Source of the DNA: the human T2T-CHM13v2.0 reference genome, Homo sapiens
Direction: 5' to 3' (one strand)
Length of the DNA: 64,000 nucleotides
NCBI RefSeq assembly: GCF_009914755.1
Contig: NC_060930.1
Shown here: positions 41,089-54,120 of the stretch, piece after piece
Layout: every line of letters begins with the position of its first letter
Position numbering within the stretch: the stretch's first letter is position 1
Program-made: the position numbers and the translations under genes
The notes under the pieces: model-generated
Seen by the model: the letters and a program-made list of their open reading frames with translations, nothing else
Databases searched by the model: none
What the model was told of the DNA's origin: nothing

Positions 41089-43019
41089 GTATGTGCACTG
41101 GGAGTCTTTTGTATTTTGGCTGTAGAGCAGATAATCTCAGCACCAACTAGTATGGTCTAATGCTGGTTTCACAAGTAGAGTTTTCTTGGTCTTAATTGTA
41201 TCCTGCCTATAAATGTCTCACACCCCTCCTCCTACCAAATAATGAAAAGTCACATTTTAAAGCAAAAACGTGAATTGCTGACATGTCAGGCTAAGTTTTC
41301 TCCTCATTTTCAGGTATTCAGGAATTAGGTGTGACTCCCTGCCCTGTGTGATACATATTTTCTCTGGGGCATCTCTTCATATATAAAGAGAGTGAGTCAA
41401 TTTAGTAATTCCTAGTTCCTTTAAAAATAATTTCTAAAAAAAATAGGAAAGAAATACATTATGATCAATCCCCAAAATATTTATTAGTCAATTCTGGAAA
41501 TTCCATGTTAAGTTTACGACATGCTGAATCAAGTTCTTGACCAAATCATTTGTTAGCTTGAGATTAAAAAGATGGGGCAAGGAGAACAGCTGACATGGAG
41601 GGTAGAAGGCAGAAATGTGTCAAGAAGCTTTTGCAATGTTATTTTGGTTAATTTCCCCTTGTATGCGAGTCTTATTTAAAGCAAATTATTCATCTTCATT
41701 GTGTCAGTGTGGCTTGTAGGGATTTAGCCTATATTCTGTTTACTTACATGTTTTAACAGAGTGCAGAATAGAGAATAGCTTTGAATTTAAAACTAGCTTA
41801 GAGAGTTCAAAGCTCACTCATTCTGCAAAGGGTAATAATGCCCTAGTATTAAATTTTTACCCCAAATCCAGCATCTGGGATGGACCCGATTGCAAGAGGA
41901 AGTACATTTTTCATAGATGAAAGGGAGAAATCACTGTCCCATCTAAAAATAGCATTGTATTTTCCACCAGTTTATATCAGCTGGAGGTAGGATTAAACAG
42001 TAGTTGTCTAGAAGAAAGAGACAGTAATTGAGTGTGACTGTTTCCTCTGCAAAGGCCTGGCCCAGGTGGTGAAAGTTAAGTACTGTCATTCAGATAAGGC
42101 CCAAAAGCAGTTAGCCTCGATGTCTATTTGGCTTTTCTGTAAAATATCCTCTCTGGGTGTTGAGCTGTGGACAGACGAAATCCAGGCCTGTTCACAGGGC
42201 AGTCACAGTGATCACTCAGGATCAGTGAGATGCTTAGCCAGCGGGGAAACTGTTGGGCAGTTTAAAACACAGGTGGATGTTTTTGCAATGAGTAAAAGAG
42301 CCTTGAAGAGGATTTGCCAAATGACTCAAACCTGATGTTTTGAGGACCACCAGAATAATTCTACTCCTATGTGAAAGGGGAGATGGGAAGCAGTGCAAGA
42401 ATGAGTACTTGTCGTCTGAGGGCGTGCGGCCCAGCCTCAATTTATCTTGACCTCTAATAGCAGGAAAATCTTCTCTCTGATTTTCCTGGCTGTATAGGCA
42501 TAAGTTGGGTCCTTATGTTTCAGATGTTTCCAGAGCTGGTTCTCCTTGGTGAGAAGGAAAGAATGTATGCTTGGCCAAAGTCCTTACAGATGCTGAATTA
42601 AAGCTAGCATTGATCAGGAGACTTTCTGGGGATAGGGTGGGAGCAGAGAACAGCACAGAGCCTTGGAAAGAGCCTCGAGAGGCTTGCAGATTCTGGAGGG
42701 GTTTTCAGCCCAGCCACTGAATTGCTTTTTGAATTTGGGGCAGTTGCTTAACTGAATCACCGTTTCCTCTTCTGTAGAAGAGAGATGATGCTCTCTGCTG
42801 TTAGTCTATCTGGTCTTCAGTAGGACCTCTGCCAGCCACACTGGTTGTCCATGTGACTAACTGTGCACAGACTGCTGGAATGGCTGAGGTCTGCCATGGA
42901 TGGGTTTATTCTGATCTCTGGGGTAGTTGGAGGCTGTTTTGATGGCTAGAGGAGGTCTGTGGCTTTAGTCTTTTTGTTGATCTTATGTATTTATTGAACA
43001 AGTGTTTCTTTTTGTCAAG

Positions 43020-43150
43020 TTTTTTGTTTTTTTAAACAGACCAGGTCTTGCTATGTTGCCCGGGTGCTGGACTCAAACCCCTGGGCTCAAGCAATCCTCC
43101 TGCCTCAGCCTCCCAAGTAGCTGGGACTACAGACATGTGCCACCACACAA
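43020..43150 (-). mobile_element. Alu monomer (FLAM/FRAM-like)
   Basis: Single antisense monomer followed by an L2-like tail. Confidence 0.75.
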
Positions 43151-44749
43151 TCTTATATATTATTTATTCAACAAATACTTCTTGAGTACCTACTATGATT
43201 AGACCTGCCCCTACACAAACCAATCCATAAGAGCCAGGCCCTAGGTGACAGTATATTTTCAGAGAGCATCCTATAATTTAGCTCTTTTATAGCGTCTCGT
43301 GTTGTTAATAAGCTGAAATGTACACTGGTTAAAAGTCTGGAAGGAGGAAAGTGTAATCAACAGTTCACTTTTTCTTATGTGTATCATTATCATGTATCAG
43401 TAATGTTCAGGTTATCGTAATTATATATTAAAAGGGCTACACTTTTGGCACACTAGTATGTTTTTAATTACTGCACAAAAGGTAATACAGGACTAGGCTG
43501 GCTGCCCAATAATATATAAATATAGAAAATGATTATGTTATTTGTAGTTTCTCAGTTTATTTTAAATAAAAACTGGGTCAGCAGGCCTTCAGATAAGAGG
43601 TTAGGATAAAAGAAGATTGAGACTTCCCTGCTTCCATGGATTGAACCCATGACTTCCAAAATCAGGGGTCTGCCCCATAATCCTAATGGATTGACTTCCA
43701 AAATTCCTTGGATTTGTCCTGCTGTACTTGTCTCTCTAGGGCTTAGCTGGATCCCTGCAGATAGATATTATGGTTTACATACAGTAATTCCACTTAGTCC
43801 AGCTGTAAATTTAAGTCTATTGTATTAATACAACATTGAAAGGCAGCCTTGCCCTTGCCCATGGAAGCTGAGCCTGTCTTTCAGATGTGTTTAGCAGAAA
43901 ATCAAGGATTTTCAATTAGTTGGTTGGGAGGCCCTTGGAGAAACAGCCGCCCTGCCTAACCACCCATTGTCTATGGTTTCCGCTTGCTCCTTCCAAATGG
44001 GACAAATAAAGAGATTCTGTGCGTGGTCATTAATAGGCAAGCTTTGGTGGGGGCTTTGTTCTTAAATGGGGGCTTTATCTTATCCCTGCTGGTTAAGCCC
44101 CTCCATGTACTCCTCACCTGTCATAACTGTCATACATTTAATTCATCATGCTGGTGGACAGGAGCTAGCTGATCATGTTTAAATGGAAGCGGGGTGAGCT
44201 GTGAGGAGGGCTCGGTCACGTCAGTCTTAGAACTTTACCCTCAAAGACGATTATCAGATTTTAATAAAGATTTTTAAAATAAGATTTTAATCAAGTAGGC
44301 AGTTTTGTGAAGGAGAATTTTCTGCTTCATGATTCTCCCACAGAGCAGGTTGGATTTTAGAATCCAGCATTTCAAAAGATAGTACAACAAAATATGTTTA
44401 AGATTCTTGCATCCAAATTTAAAATACAATAGACATTCAGAAAGGGCATTCTTCTGTTCCTTTCCTGTCTAACTTTTTTCCTAATTATAAAAGTAATATT
44501 CATTCTTAAAGATTTGAAAAAATACAGAAAAGAAATCAATAGCATTTCTACCACCTGGTTCTAATTGATTAATATTTTGTGTATGTGTTTCTAGTCTTTT
44601 TTTCCTGTGGGTATACATATATACACATTTTCCACCAAAAATGCTTTACAGTAAGTAATGTCAGTTATGGATCCGAGTATTTTCTTCATCATTACATATC
44701 TACTGCAACACTGTTCTTTATTATAAAATTATGATATTGCTTATGGTAA

Positions 44750-45000
44750 AGTATTTGAACCATACCTGTGGACATAGTGTGCCAGGCCCTTTTCCGGATG
44801 CTTCATGTGTATTAAGTGATTTAGTCTTCACAATCTCCCAGTGAACTTAGTGCTATTATTATCTCCATTTTGCTGATGAAGAATGAGAGATGTAGGGAAG
44901 GTAATTAACTTGGCTAAAGTCAGACAGCATGTAAATAGTAGAGCCAAGATCTTAACCCAGGCAGGATGACCTCAGAGCCAATTCTCTTCACCACCATTAC
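44750..45000 (-). mobile_element. MIR
   Basis: TGCTATTATTATCTCCATTTTGCTGATGAAGAA...TAACTTGGCTAAAGTCA. Confidence 0.75.
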
Positions 45001-45204
45001 AAACAGCCTCATAGAATTTGCTTGCATAAATAAGACATTTAACCGATTCCACATTGTTAATCATTTGGCTTGTTTCCAGTTTTTCAATATTATAAACAGT
45101 GCTTATGGTCAAAAACTTAGTGGATAATTCTCTGGTTGCATTCCATTACTTCCCTAGAATAAATTCCTGTAAATGTAATATCTATGTTTAAATGTATGAT
45201 GTTG

Positions 45205-45760
45205 GGTTTCCTCAAAAAGCTAAATATAGAATTACCATATTACCCAGCAATTCTACTACTAGATATACACCCAAAAGAATTGACAAGGACTCAGATACTT
45301 ATATGCCAGTGTTCATAGCAGCATTATTCACAATAGTGGAAGCAACCCATGTGTCCCTCAACAGAAGAATGGAGAATCAAGATGCAATATAAGACATAAA
45401 AAGGACTGAAGTGCTGATATATGCTACATGTGGATGAACCCTGAAGACATTGTGCTAAGTAAAATAAGCCAGACACGAAAGTTCAAATACTGTATGATTC
45501 CACTTCTATGAGGTACCTAGAAAGGGCAGAATCAGAGACACAAGGTAAAATAGAGGTTACCAGGGGCCGGGGAAAGGGAGGAATGGGGAGTTATTGCTTA
45601 ATAGGATCAGAGTTTCTGTTTTGAGTGATGAAAAAGTTTTGGGAATAGTGGTGATGGTTGCATAACAGTGTAAATGTAATTAATACTACTGAGTCGTATG
45701 CTCTAAAATGATTAAAATGGTAAATTTCTGTTTTATATATTTTAAACCACAATAAAAAAA
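45205..45760 (+). mobile_element. L1MB 3' end
   Basis: AGAATTACCATATTACCCAGCAATTC...GTTCATAGCAGCATTATTCACAATAG...CCACAATAAAAAAA. Confidence 0.9.
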
Positions 45761-45953
45761 TGTACATTTGGTAAAAATTTAGAATATCTTCAGCAACAAC
45801 TTATTATTTTAAAAAATTCAAAGCAATTTATATATAACTTATCTATATTTATTTTGCATAGGTAAATATACTCACATTGTTCAGAATTGTAAAGGTACCA
45901 ACAGGTATACAGTATACAGTGAAAAGTCTACACACACTCCAGCCACCCTGTTC

Positions 45954-46267
<314 letters not shown>

Positions 46268-47512
46268 TAGCAACTGTTCTCAGCTTCTTGTGTAGCCTTA
46301 CATATGTTTGTCTGTGTGCAATATGTATATTCTCCTTCCTTCCTTTTCACATAAGTTATAGTATCTTGTAAACCATTCATTTAAATTTGTATTTATAGAA
46401 ACCTCTCCCACTGTAACTCCTGCACTTTCCAAAAGCATGGTTAAATTCTCCTTCTACCATCCACAGTCATACATGGGAACGTTGTTACCACAAGCTGTAC
46501 TGAGCTGGGGTTCTGGGTCAAGAGATGGGCATCCTTGCCTGAACACACAGTGCACTCTTCAGAAGGGACATTTTCAACTCTACAAACAGTGACAGCATCA
46601 TGTCATCTGCAAAGAAAAGAGGACATACAGGCATTTTTCTTTCCCCACATAAGGAAATTATGTTACCCTCCCTAATTTGTTGAAGAGAGGCAACTTTTTT
46701 AGGAATTTGGGCTGTGAACATTCTCTGTTTGGAGGCTATGGTACATCCCCCATCTGTGGCCACTGTTAGGTCAGCAAGGGGCAGAGCCTTCTTCAGCTGC
46801 AGGTGACTTCCTATCATTCACCCATCTTTGTGCCTGATGGTCTATCTAGTGGTGTGGGGTTGCAGAAAGCACACCAGGTTGTGGGGATAGACTTCGGATT
46901 GGCCATCAGCTTGACTACCACTAGCCATTGCCTTTGGATGGTCACTTTGCCTCTCCTGTAAAATAAAGGGCTTCTATAGGGACCCTTCTGGCATCTAGAG
47001 TTTACAAAGTGTTTAGTAGCTTAGCACAGGGTCCAATCAATTACAAAAACTTAAAACACATACAGTTGAGAACAAATTTTGTAACTTGATTATATATGAC
47101 TCCCAATAATGTCTAGGTTTAAAATAAATAAAATAGCAGTTCTTGATAAAGCCATAAACGAAGATGCTAAAACTGCCTGATGACACAGAGCTTTAAAAAA
47201 AAAAATCAAAGTTATCAAAATTGTTTGTAGACTCATGCAACTCCAAAGTGGCGTTAAGTGTTAATAAATGAAAGCATCTTTAGCACTTAGGGAAGATATA
47301 TGGGCTTTTTCCTTTCAACAGCAATAGATACCTGGAATGTCCTTTTATAGTTGTAACAATCATGGAGAGAAAGCAAACTGGAATCTGAGAAAGGTGCTGG
47401 ATTTGAAGATTTAGATGACGGCATCGCCTCACTCTTCTATGGTTTGGCAGCCCTCTCCACTGCTCAGATACCGTGGAGAAAGAGGGACGAGCTTCTCAGA
47501 TACTCCAAATGA

Positions 47513-47529
47513 CACGTGCCAAACACGTG
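47513..47529. promoter_or_regulatory. Perfect ChoRE-type tandem E-box
   Basis: CACGTG-ccaaa-CACGTG (5-nt spacer). Confidence 0.55.
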
Positions 47530-48845
47530 GAAGGTAAATCCCCTAATACAGTCTGTTCTTCCAGCATTCCCTGGCAGTCAGCCAAGCTAAATATTTCTGC
47601 TGGATAAAAAATGCACTCTCGTGTGCTCCACTGTAAACTGGTTGCCTGACTTTAGTGGAAGAGGTTGCTTCGGTGAGGAGAATGGGAAATGAGGAGTTGG
47701 TCTCCAACACCCTGTGTGTGCATTTTTCACCTTAAAAAAAGGTCTCTACATTATTTGTGGCCTGTGACTGTGTTAACTGATGCTAGAAGGAAGGAGAAAA
47801 TTGGGAAATAGATTTAATGCAATTCTTCCCTCTCCGCATCCACCACTTCTCCCTCAATTTTTTTTTGGTGGTTATCTTTTCAGATTTCCTCAGTGGCTGT
47901 CATTTGTGTCTGTTGCATGTTTTTTAGCTAAATCAATCTTCAAAGGCTGTTACATTTGGTCAAATGAGAGACCTAACATATGGACTAGTGGGTTTGTGTC
48001 AGATGGGGATTATAGTTAATTGAAATTTATGACAAAACTGCTGACTTCATTAAGACTAATTAGAGGAATAGAATTTGGAATCAACATTTCAGATACCCCC
48101 TTCTAATTGTTTTAGATGTTTTTCTTTTCCATAAATGGTAGCACATTTTTAGTCATTGCAAGAATACAAATGAAATTATGGTACACTTTTGTATCTGCTT
48201 TTTTAATCCAGGGACTTACCTCAAGCATTCTTTCATATCACATTTTAAACTTTTTAAATGCCTGAATAATACTTATATTATATTTGCCTTACCACAATCT
48301 ATTTAATAATTTCTGTAAATTTGAATATTCAGGTTGTTTCTAGTGTGTCATAATTGTACATAACATTGTAACTAATATGCTTATATAACTTTGCTCAAAT
48401 TATTTCCCTGTGGATATATTTCTATAAGTATAATCATTTGGTCAAAGGTTATAAATCTCTAAGGCTCTTGGTATATATAGGTAAATTTCTTTTCAGAAAA
48501 GTTATACCAACAAAGTATAGTTTGTAAATATTTAGACATTTAAATTTAACCTAAAATTTCAAGACTTTCCATCTCTTTATATTTTCCTCTGTGTAAATAT
48601 TGGTAATATTGTTAATATTTGAATAGTAACCCTATGGCATAGTGCTTCTATCTTTTGTGCATTTGACAAACATATTGGGCTCTGACTGTGTGCTAGGCAT
48701 CATGCCATACCCCAAAGATTGGCTTTGCTACTTTCAAATATTTATTCTGAAGGCAATCTTCCAGATTTGAACAACCATGTTTCTTTGAACAACCATGATT
48801 TGTAATGACATGTTTGAACCATCTACATTAAGAATGCATCTTATT

Positions 48846-49135
48846 GGCCTGATGCAGTAGCTCATGCCTGTAATAGCAGCACTTTCGGAGGCCAAGGCAG
48901 ATGGATCATTTGAGGTCAGGAGTTCAAGACCAGCCTGGCCAACATGGTGAAACCCTGTCTCTACTAAAAATACAAAAAATTAGCCAGGCGTGGTGGTGGG
49001 CACCTGTAATCCCAGCTACTTGTGGGGGCTGAGGCAGGAGAATTGCTTGAACCCGAGAAGGGGAGGTTGCAGTGAGCCAAGATCACACCACTGTACTCCA
49101 GCCAGGGGGACAGAGTGAGACTGGCTCAAAAAAAA
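48846..49135 (+). mobile_element. AluSx/Sz-like
   Basis: Sense dimer; perfect 16-bp TSD AAGAATGCATCTTATT (48830-48845, 49134-49149). Confidence 0.9.
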
Positions 49136-49191
49136 GAATGCATCTTATTATGCCACCCATTCATGTTCTAATTCAGAGAATGAGGAGAATT

Positions 49192-49282
49192 ATATGTATA
49201 TGTTATATATGTATGTATGTATATGTAAGTCACGTGTGTATATATATATATACACACACACACACATACATACATACATACA
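49192..49282. repeat. Compound (TATG)n/(TA)n/(CA)n/(CATA)n microsatellite
   Basis: Direct reading. Confidence 0.9.
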
Positions 49283-49724
49283 GGTATCTCCAATAAAAAT
49301 TAATACAGGAAGATAACAATGCTGATCCACTTCCCATCGATTTTGCATTGATTTTCTGGTACTGGATATTGCATTGCTGTACCCATCCATACACTTGCTG
49401 GTGGTCTCCTTTCCAAGCCACAGTATTCACTCATAACTGGAATTAGGGGCACAATTTGTGTGGCCACAGACCCAAGCCAGCCTAAGTGACCCCTCTGAGT
49501 ACAGAACTCAGGTCCTTGGCCTCATTATCCCAGTTCTTTGTTAATCTCAGAGGTGGATTGTCTGTTATGTGGTATCAGTCCAAGCCATATATTCAGATGC
49601 CATTCCTGGGAATGTTCCACAACCACAGTATATTTTCTTTGCTTGGAAGGGAGGGTGGGTGAGAGTTAAGGAAGTGTTTTAAGTGTAGATATCATCTAAA
49701 AGGTTGGCATCTGATTAAGTAAGG

Positions 49725-49906
49725 CAGTGGTTCCCAAACTTGACAGCACATTGGAACCACTTGAGGAACTTTGAAAAATACTGGTGCCTGGCTCCCACCC
49801 CAGCATTCTCAAGGTTCATTAATTGATTTGAGATGCAACTTGGACATCAGGATATTTTAAAGTTTCCCAGGGTATTCTACTGTGCAGCAAAGTTTGGGGA
49901 CTACTG
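49725..49906. mobile_element. MER5A-like hAT-Charlie MITE
   Basis: Terminal inverted repeats CAGTGGTTCCCAAACT / AGTTTGGGGACTACTG, ~180 bp. Confidence 0.8.
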
Positions 49907-50898
49907 AAAGATTTTATGGGGCATATTTTAATGACCTACTATCAATGTGTTCCATTTTCTGATGCCCTTGGCTGGGCTTTTGCAGTTGTGTTTACACCAA
50001 CTCATAGACATTTATCTTCTTCGCCTATGGTGAGGAAAAGATGTCCTTCATACTTCTTAGCTGTTTCACTGGGGGCAGGAAAAGAGAAGAGAAGTAAGGA
50101 AAAAATTCACATTCTAAAAGACAGCAACAACTAATTGAATCTGGACATTGTTTTTTAGGGCTATTTTGGGGTGTAATATGTAGGTCTTAAGCAGAATTCC
50201 AGATCGCAAATGAGGTAGCTCTGGGAATCGTGACCTTCCCTGTCCTCTCTCCACTGAAGTGCAGCATGCAATTGGGTGTGCCTCACCTGAGACTAAAGTA
50301 TCTCATATTCCCCAAGCACAACTCTTCTATTTTCTGTTATAGAAGGGGGAGGAATAGAAGAAGGGAAGAATATATATAGAGAGAACAATTCCCTCTTCCT
50401 TCCCACAGTTAGTCCCACAGTCTTTTCTCTATAACCCAGTCCTAATAAAACTCAAGACCCGGATAGCTGGATTTCAGCATCACTTTGGGGGGCTCTGCCC
50501 GGATGTGTGTGTGGCTTCTCCTGCTGTCTGCGGTGCCCCTTGTGTTGGGGAGCTGCAGGGCAACCTTCTAACCATCTACATCATGAGCCCCGGGTAAATG
50601 AGAACAGAAACATGACGTGGTGGATTGAGCTGTTCTCTGGAAAGAGGATGGTTTCAATACTCCTCATCCCACACAGCTTCCAGGGGTGCTTTGAAGGGAA
50701 CCTTATGCCAGTAGGCCTTTGAGCTTCCCTGGAAGACGTAGCCTATGTTGTGTACAGATTTGACTCTGGTGGGCTGAGGAAGGGGAAGTAATGATGTTAC
50801 AAGGGAGTAGTAGAAGGGATGAGAAGTGGCTGCCGGCTCTGCTCTTCACCATGTGGCAATTAACAGGAGACAAATGTCCAAATCCTGGTGACAAATAA

Positions 50899-51270
<372 letters not shown>

Positions 51271-51637
51271 TCAATTTCCTTTTGATTAGGTATTAAGGGC
51301 AATACTGTATCATCATATATCATATTATTTCTTCAATTTAAAAAATGTTCTGAATAATGATTAAGCCATTTACTGTCTATGTTCTCTGGTCAGCTGGACA
51401 GCGTTAAGGAACTCTTATTTTTATTTATTGCTTTGCCTAGGTAATGTGTGGCTAAGTATTTTATTATTTAAATGTTATTTGTGATTTTTAAAATTTATGT
51501 GAAAAGAGAAAAGATCACAACTTAGTAAGTGATTTCAAGAAGTATATTTGTTGGAATCATGATCAGTCACTGTACATGGAATCCCAGGCCCAGTGACCCA
51601 TGAGGAGGGAGGCCTGGCTATAGTATTGACACAGATG

Positions 51638-52090
51638 CAGGTCCCACATCCTCATCTGCATTCCTTAGAGGCCAGATGTGACTTTGGATTCAGAATTTTT
51701 CAAATGTTAGAGAGGTGATATTGAAGCATATACCCTCAGTGAGGTGTTCTTATTCAAATGTTAGGGTTTCTGCAGTAGAAAACATGATCCACATGAGTGG
51801 AGACAAAGACTACAGACAGCCTCTGGTCAGCATCCGTGGGAGCCATGCAAAATTTGGGGGGAGGGAAGGACCATGGGAAGGCTGTAATTCAGAGTGATAA
51901 TTCTGGTGGCAGTGGTGCTGATGAAAATTGCAAAGGAGTAAAACTGAAAATGGAGAAGGTAATTACAAGGCCACTATAGCATCTTAGTGGTTAAAATTGA
52001 TCTATGGCAGTGAGAATAAAAAGTGAAACAACATTCCATTTCCAGAGCTTTTTGGATTTTGTTATTGCAGATGAAATGTTGTAGGCCTAT
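51638..52090. mobile_element. Possible ancient TcMar/Tigger-like MITE remnant
   Basis: Degenerate terminal inverted repeats CAGGTCCCACATCCTCATCTGCA / TGCAGATGAAATGTTGTAGGCCTA. Confidence 0.35.
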
Positions 52091-52548
52091 ACGCATAACT
52101 GAGTGACCAAAAGAAAATTACTTTCCCTGAGAGTCAATTTCTTCCTTTATGAAATTAAGAAATCCAGTCTCTAGGGATTGTAATTTCCCATGTACCAAAC
52201 ACTTGTGGACTTCCCACTCAAGTTGCCAGTTCCTCACAGCATGTTGTATAATAATTTTAAAATACATTACTCATGTATGTTTGATCATTGCATTTTCTGA
52301 TTTGCATGCTCCCCAAGGGTTGTTTGTATTTGTTCCCAAACTAGATAATGCTAGTTATAATTACGTAACTTAATTAAATATTATATAAATCAATGACATA
52401 TAAGTATTAAGAGTTGTTTCCATTAAAACCAAGTAGAACTCTTTGGAGAGGCTTGGTAAATACTGGCTGAAAAATCCTGTAATTGAAATAGATGAAACAA
52501 CTATAGAATATTGGGTTGGGGGACGAGGGGGGATATAAATATCGGAGA

Positions 52549-52781
52549 GGCCTGGTGCCTTGGCTCACATCTGTGATCCCAGCACTTTGGGAGGCCAAGG
52601 CGGGCGGATCGCTTGAGGCCAGGAGTTCAAGACCAGCCTGGTCAACGTGGCGAAACCCCATCTCTACTAAAAATACAAAATTAGCCAGGCATAGTGGCAC
52701 GCGCCTGTGTTCCCAGCTACTCAAGAGGCTGAGGCATGAGAATCGCTTGAACCTGGGAGGCAGAGATTGCAGTGATCCGAG
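52549..52781 (+). mobile_element. 3'-truncated Alu (S/J)
   Basis: Sense Alu stops at GCAGTGATCCGAG, with no tail or TSD. Confidence 0.85.
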
Positions 52782-53574
52782 GCCTTGGTCCTGCATCAAA
52801 GATGGGAGAGTTGACATATTGTTTCCAATACTGTATAATGTTTAAGGTTAATAGTCATCATTTTAAAGAAGCTCTAACTTAACTGTTTGTATAGTTTAAA
52901 AACTATTGGTCCCAATGGCATTGGATAAGAAAGCATCAACCATGTTGATTATTGACCAAATTAGGGGGGAATTTTTTTTTATTATCATAACACAACTTGA
53001 TTTGTGTTATCAATATTTCTTAATATATCAGCATACCTTATATTTTGAAATTTTCTCTAAGACTGTGTTTTTATGAATTGAGCCGTATTTAAAGTAAGGA
53101 CAGTCTATTATTTTCAGTGGCTTCATTTCCAAAACAAACAATTTTCAAAAATCCTCATTTTCCTATATTAAATTAGATTTCTGGGAGCTGAAGTAATATT
53201 TTAGCCATGGTTTTAGTTCTGATTCTTAACTAATTCTATATATTTTGAGACAATTGTATTTTTATTCTGGTGATCTATGGCATTCAGAATAAGAACATTA
53301 ATATGCAGCAACAGTAGCTTCTTGAGAAATGCAAGACATTTTCAAAAAGCTTTACATAGCCTTGTATTAACCATAAAATGTCCTTGGTTCTGATCATCTC
53401 TTCCCTGGCCCTCAGGGGCTATTGTGTTTGTTTTCCTGTAGGATCACCCTCATTTTTTCACATAGTGAGAATCTATCACCATCAGATGCTTATTAGGATT
53501 TCTAGTTGAAAGAAAACTATACTTTTAATAGAGTGTAGACTTTCCCTTTTCAGGTAAAGTTGCAGCAAGCTTCT

Positions 53575-53712
53575 TTTTCTTTCTCTTCTTTTTTAAGAGC
53601 TGGGGTCTTGCTATGTTCCTCAGGCTGGTCTTGAATTCCTGGGCTCAAGTGATCCTCCTGCCTCAGTCTCCAGAGTAGCTGGTACTACAGGCATGCGACA
53701 CTGCGCACAGCT
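53575..53712 (-). mobile_element. Alu monomer (FLAM-like)
   Basis: Single antisense monomer. Confidence 0.75.
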
Positions 53713-53780
53713 AGTAAGATTATTTTTCATCACCATACTCTTATTCCAAAATCAAGGAAGTTGGTATAAGACCATAATAA

Positions 53781-54120
<340 letters not shown>

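Noticed and set aside
48766-48797. Short direct duplication TTTGAACAACCATG x2
   Set aside because: Ordinary slippage-scale duplication with no evident significance.
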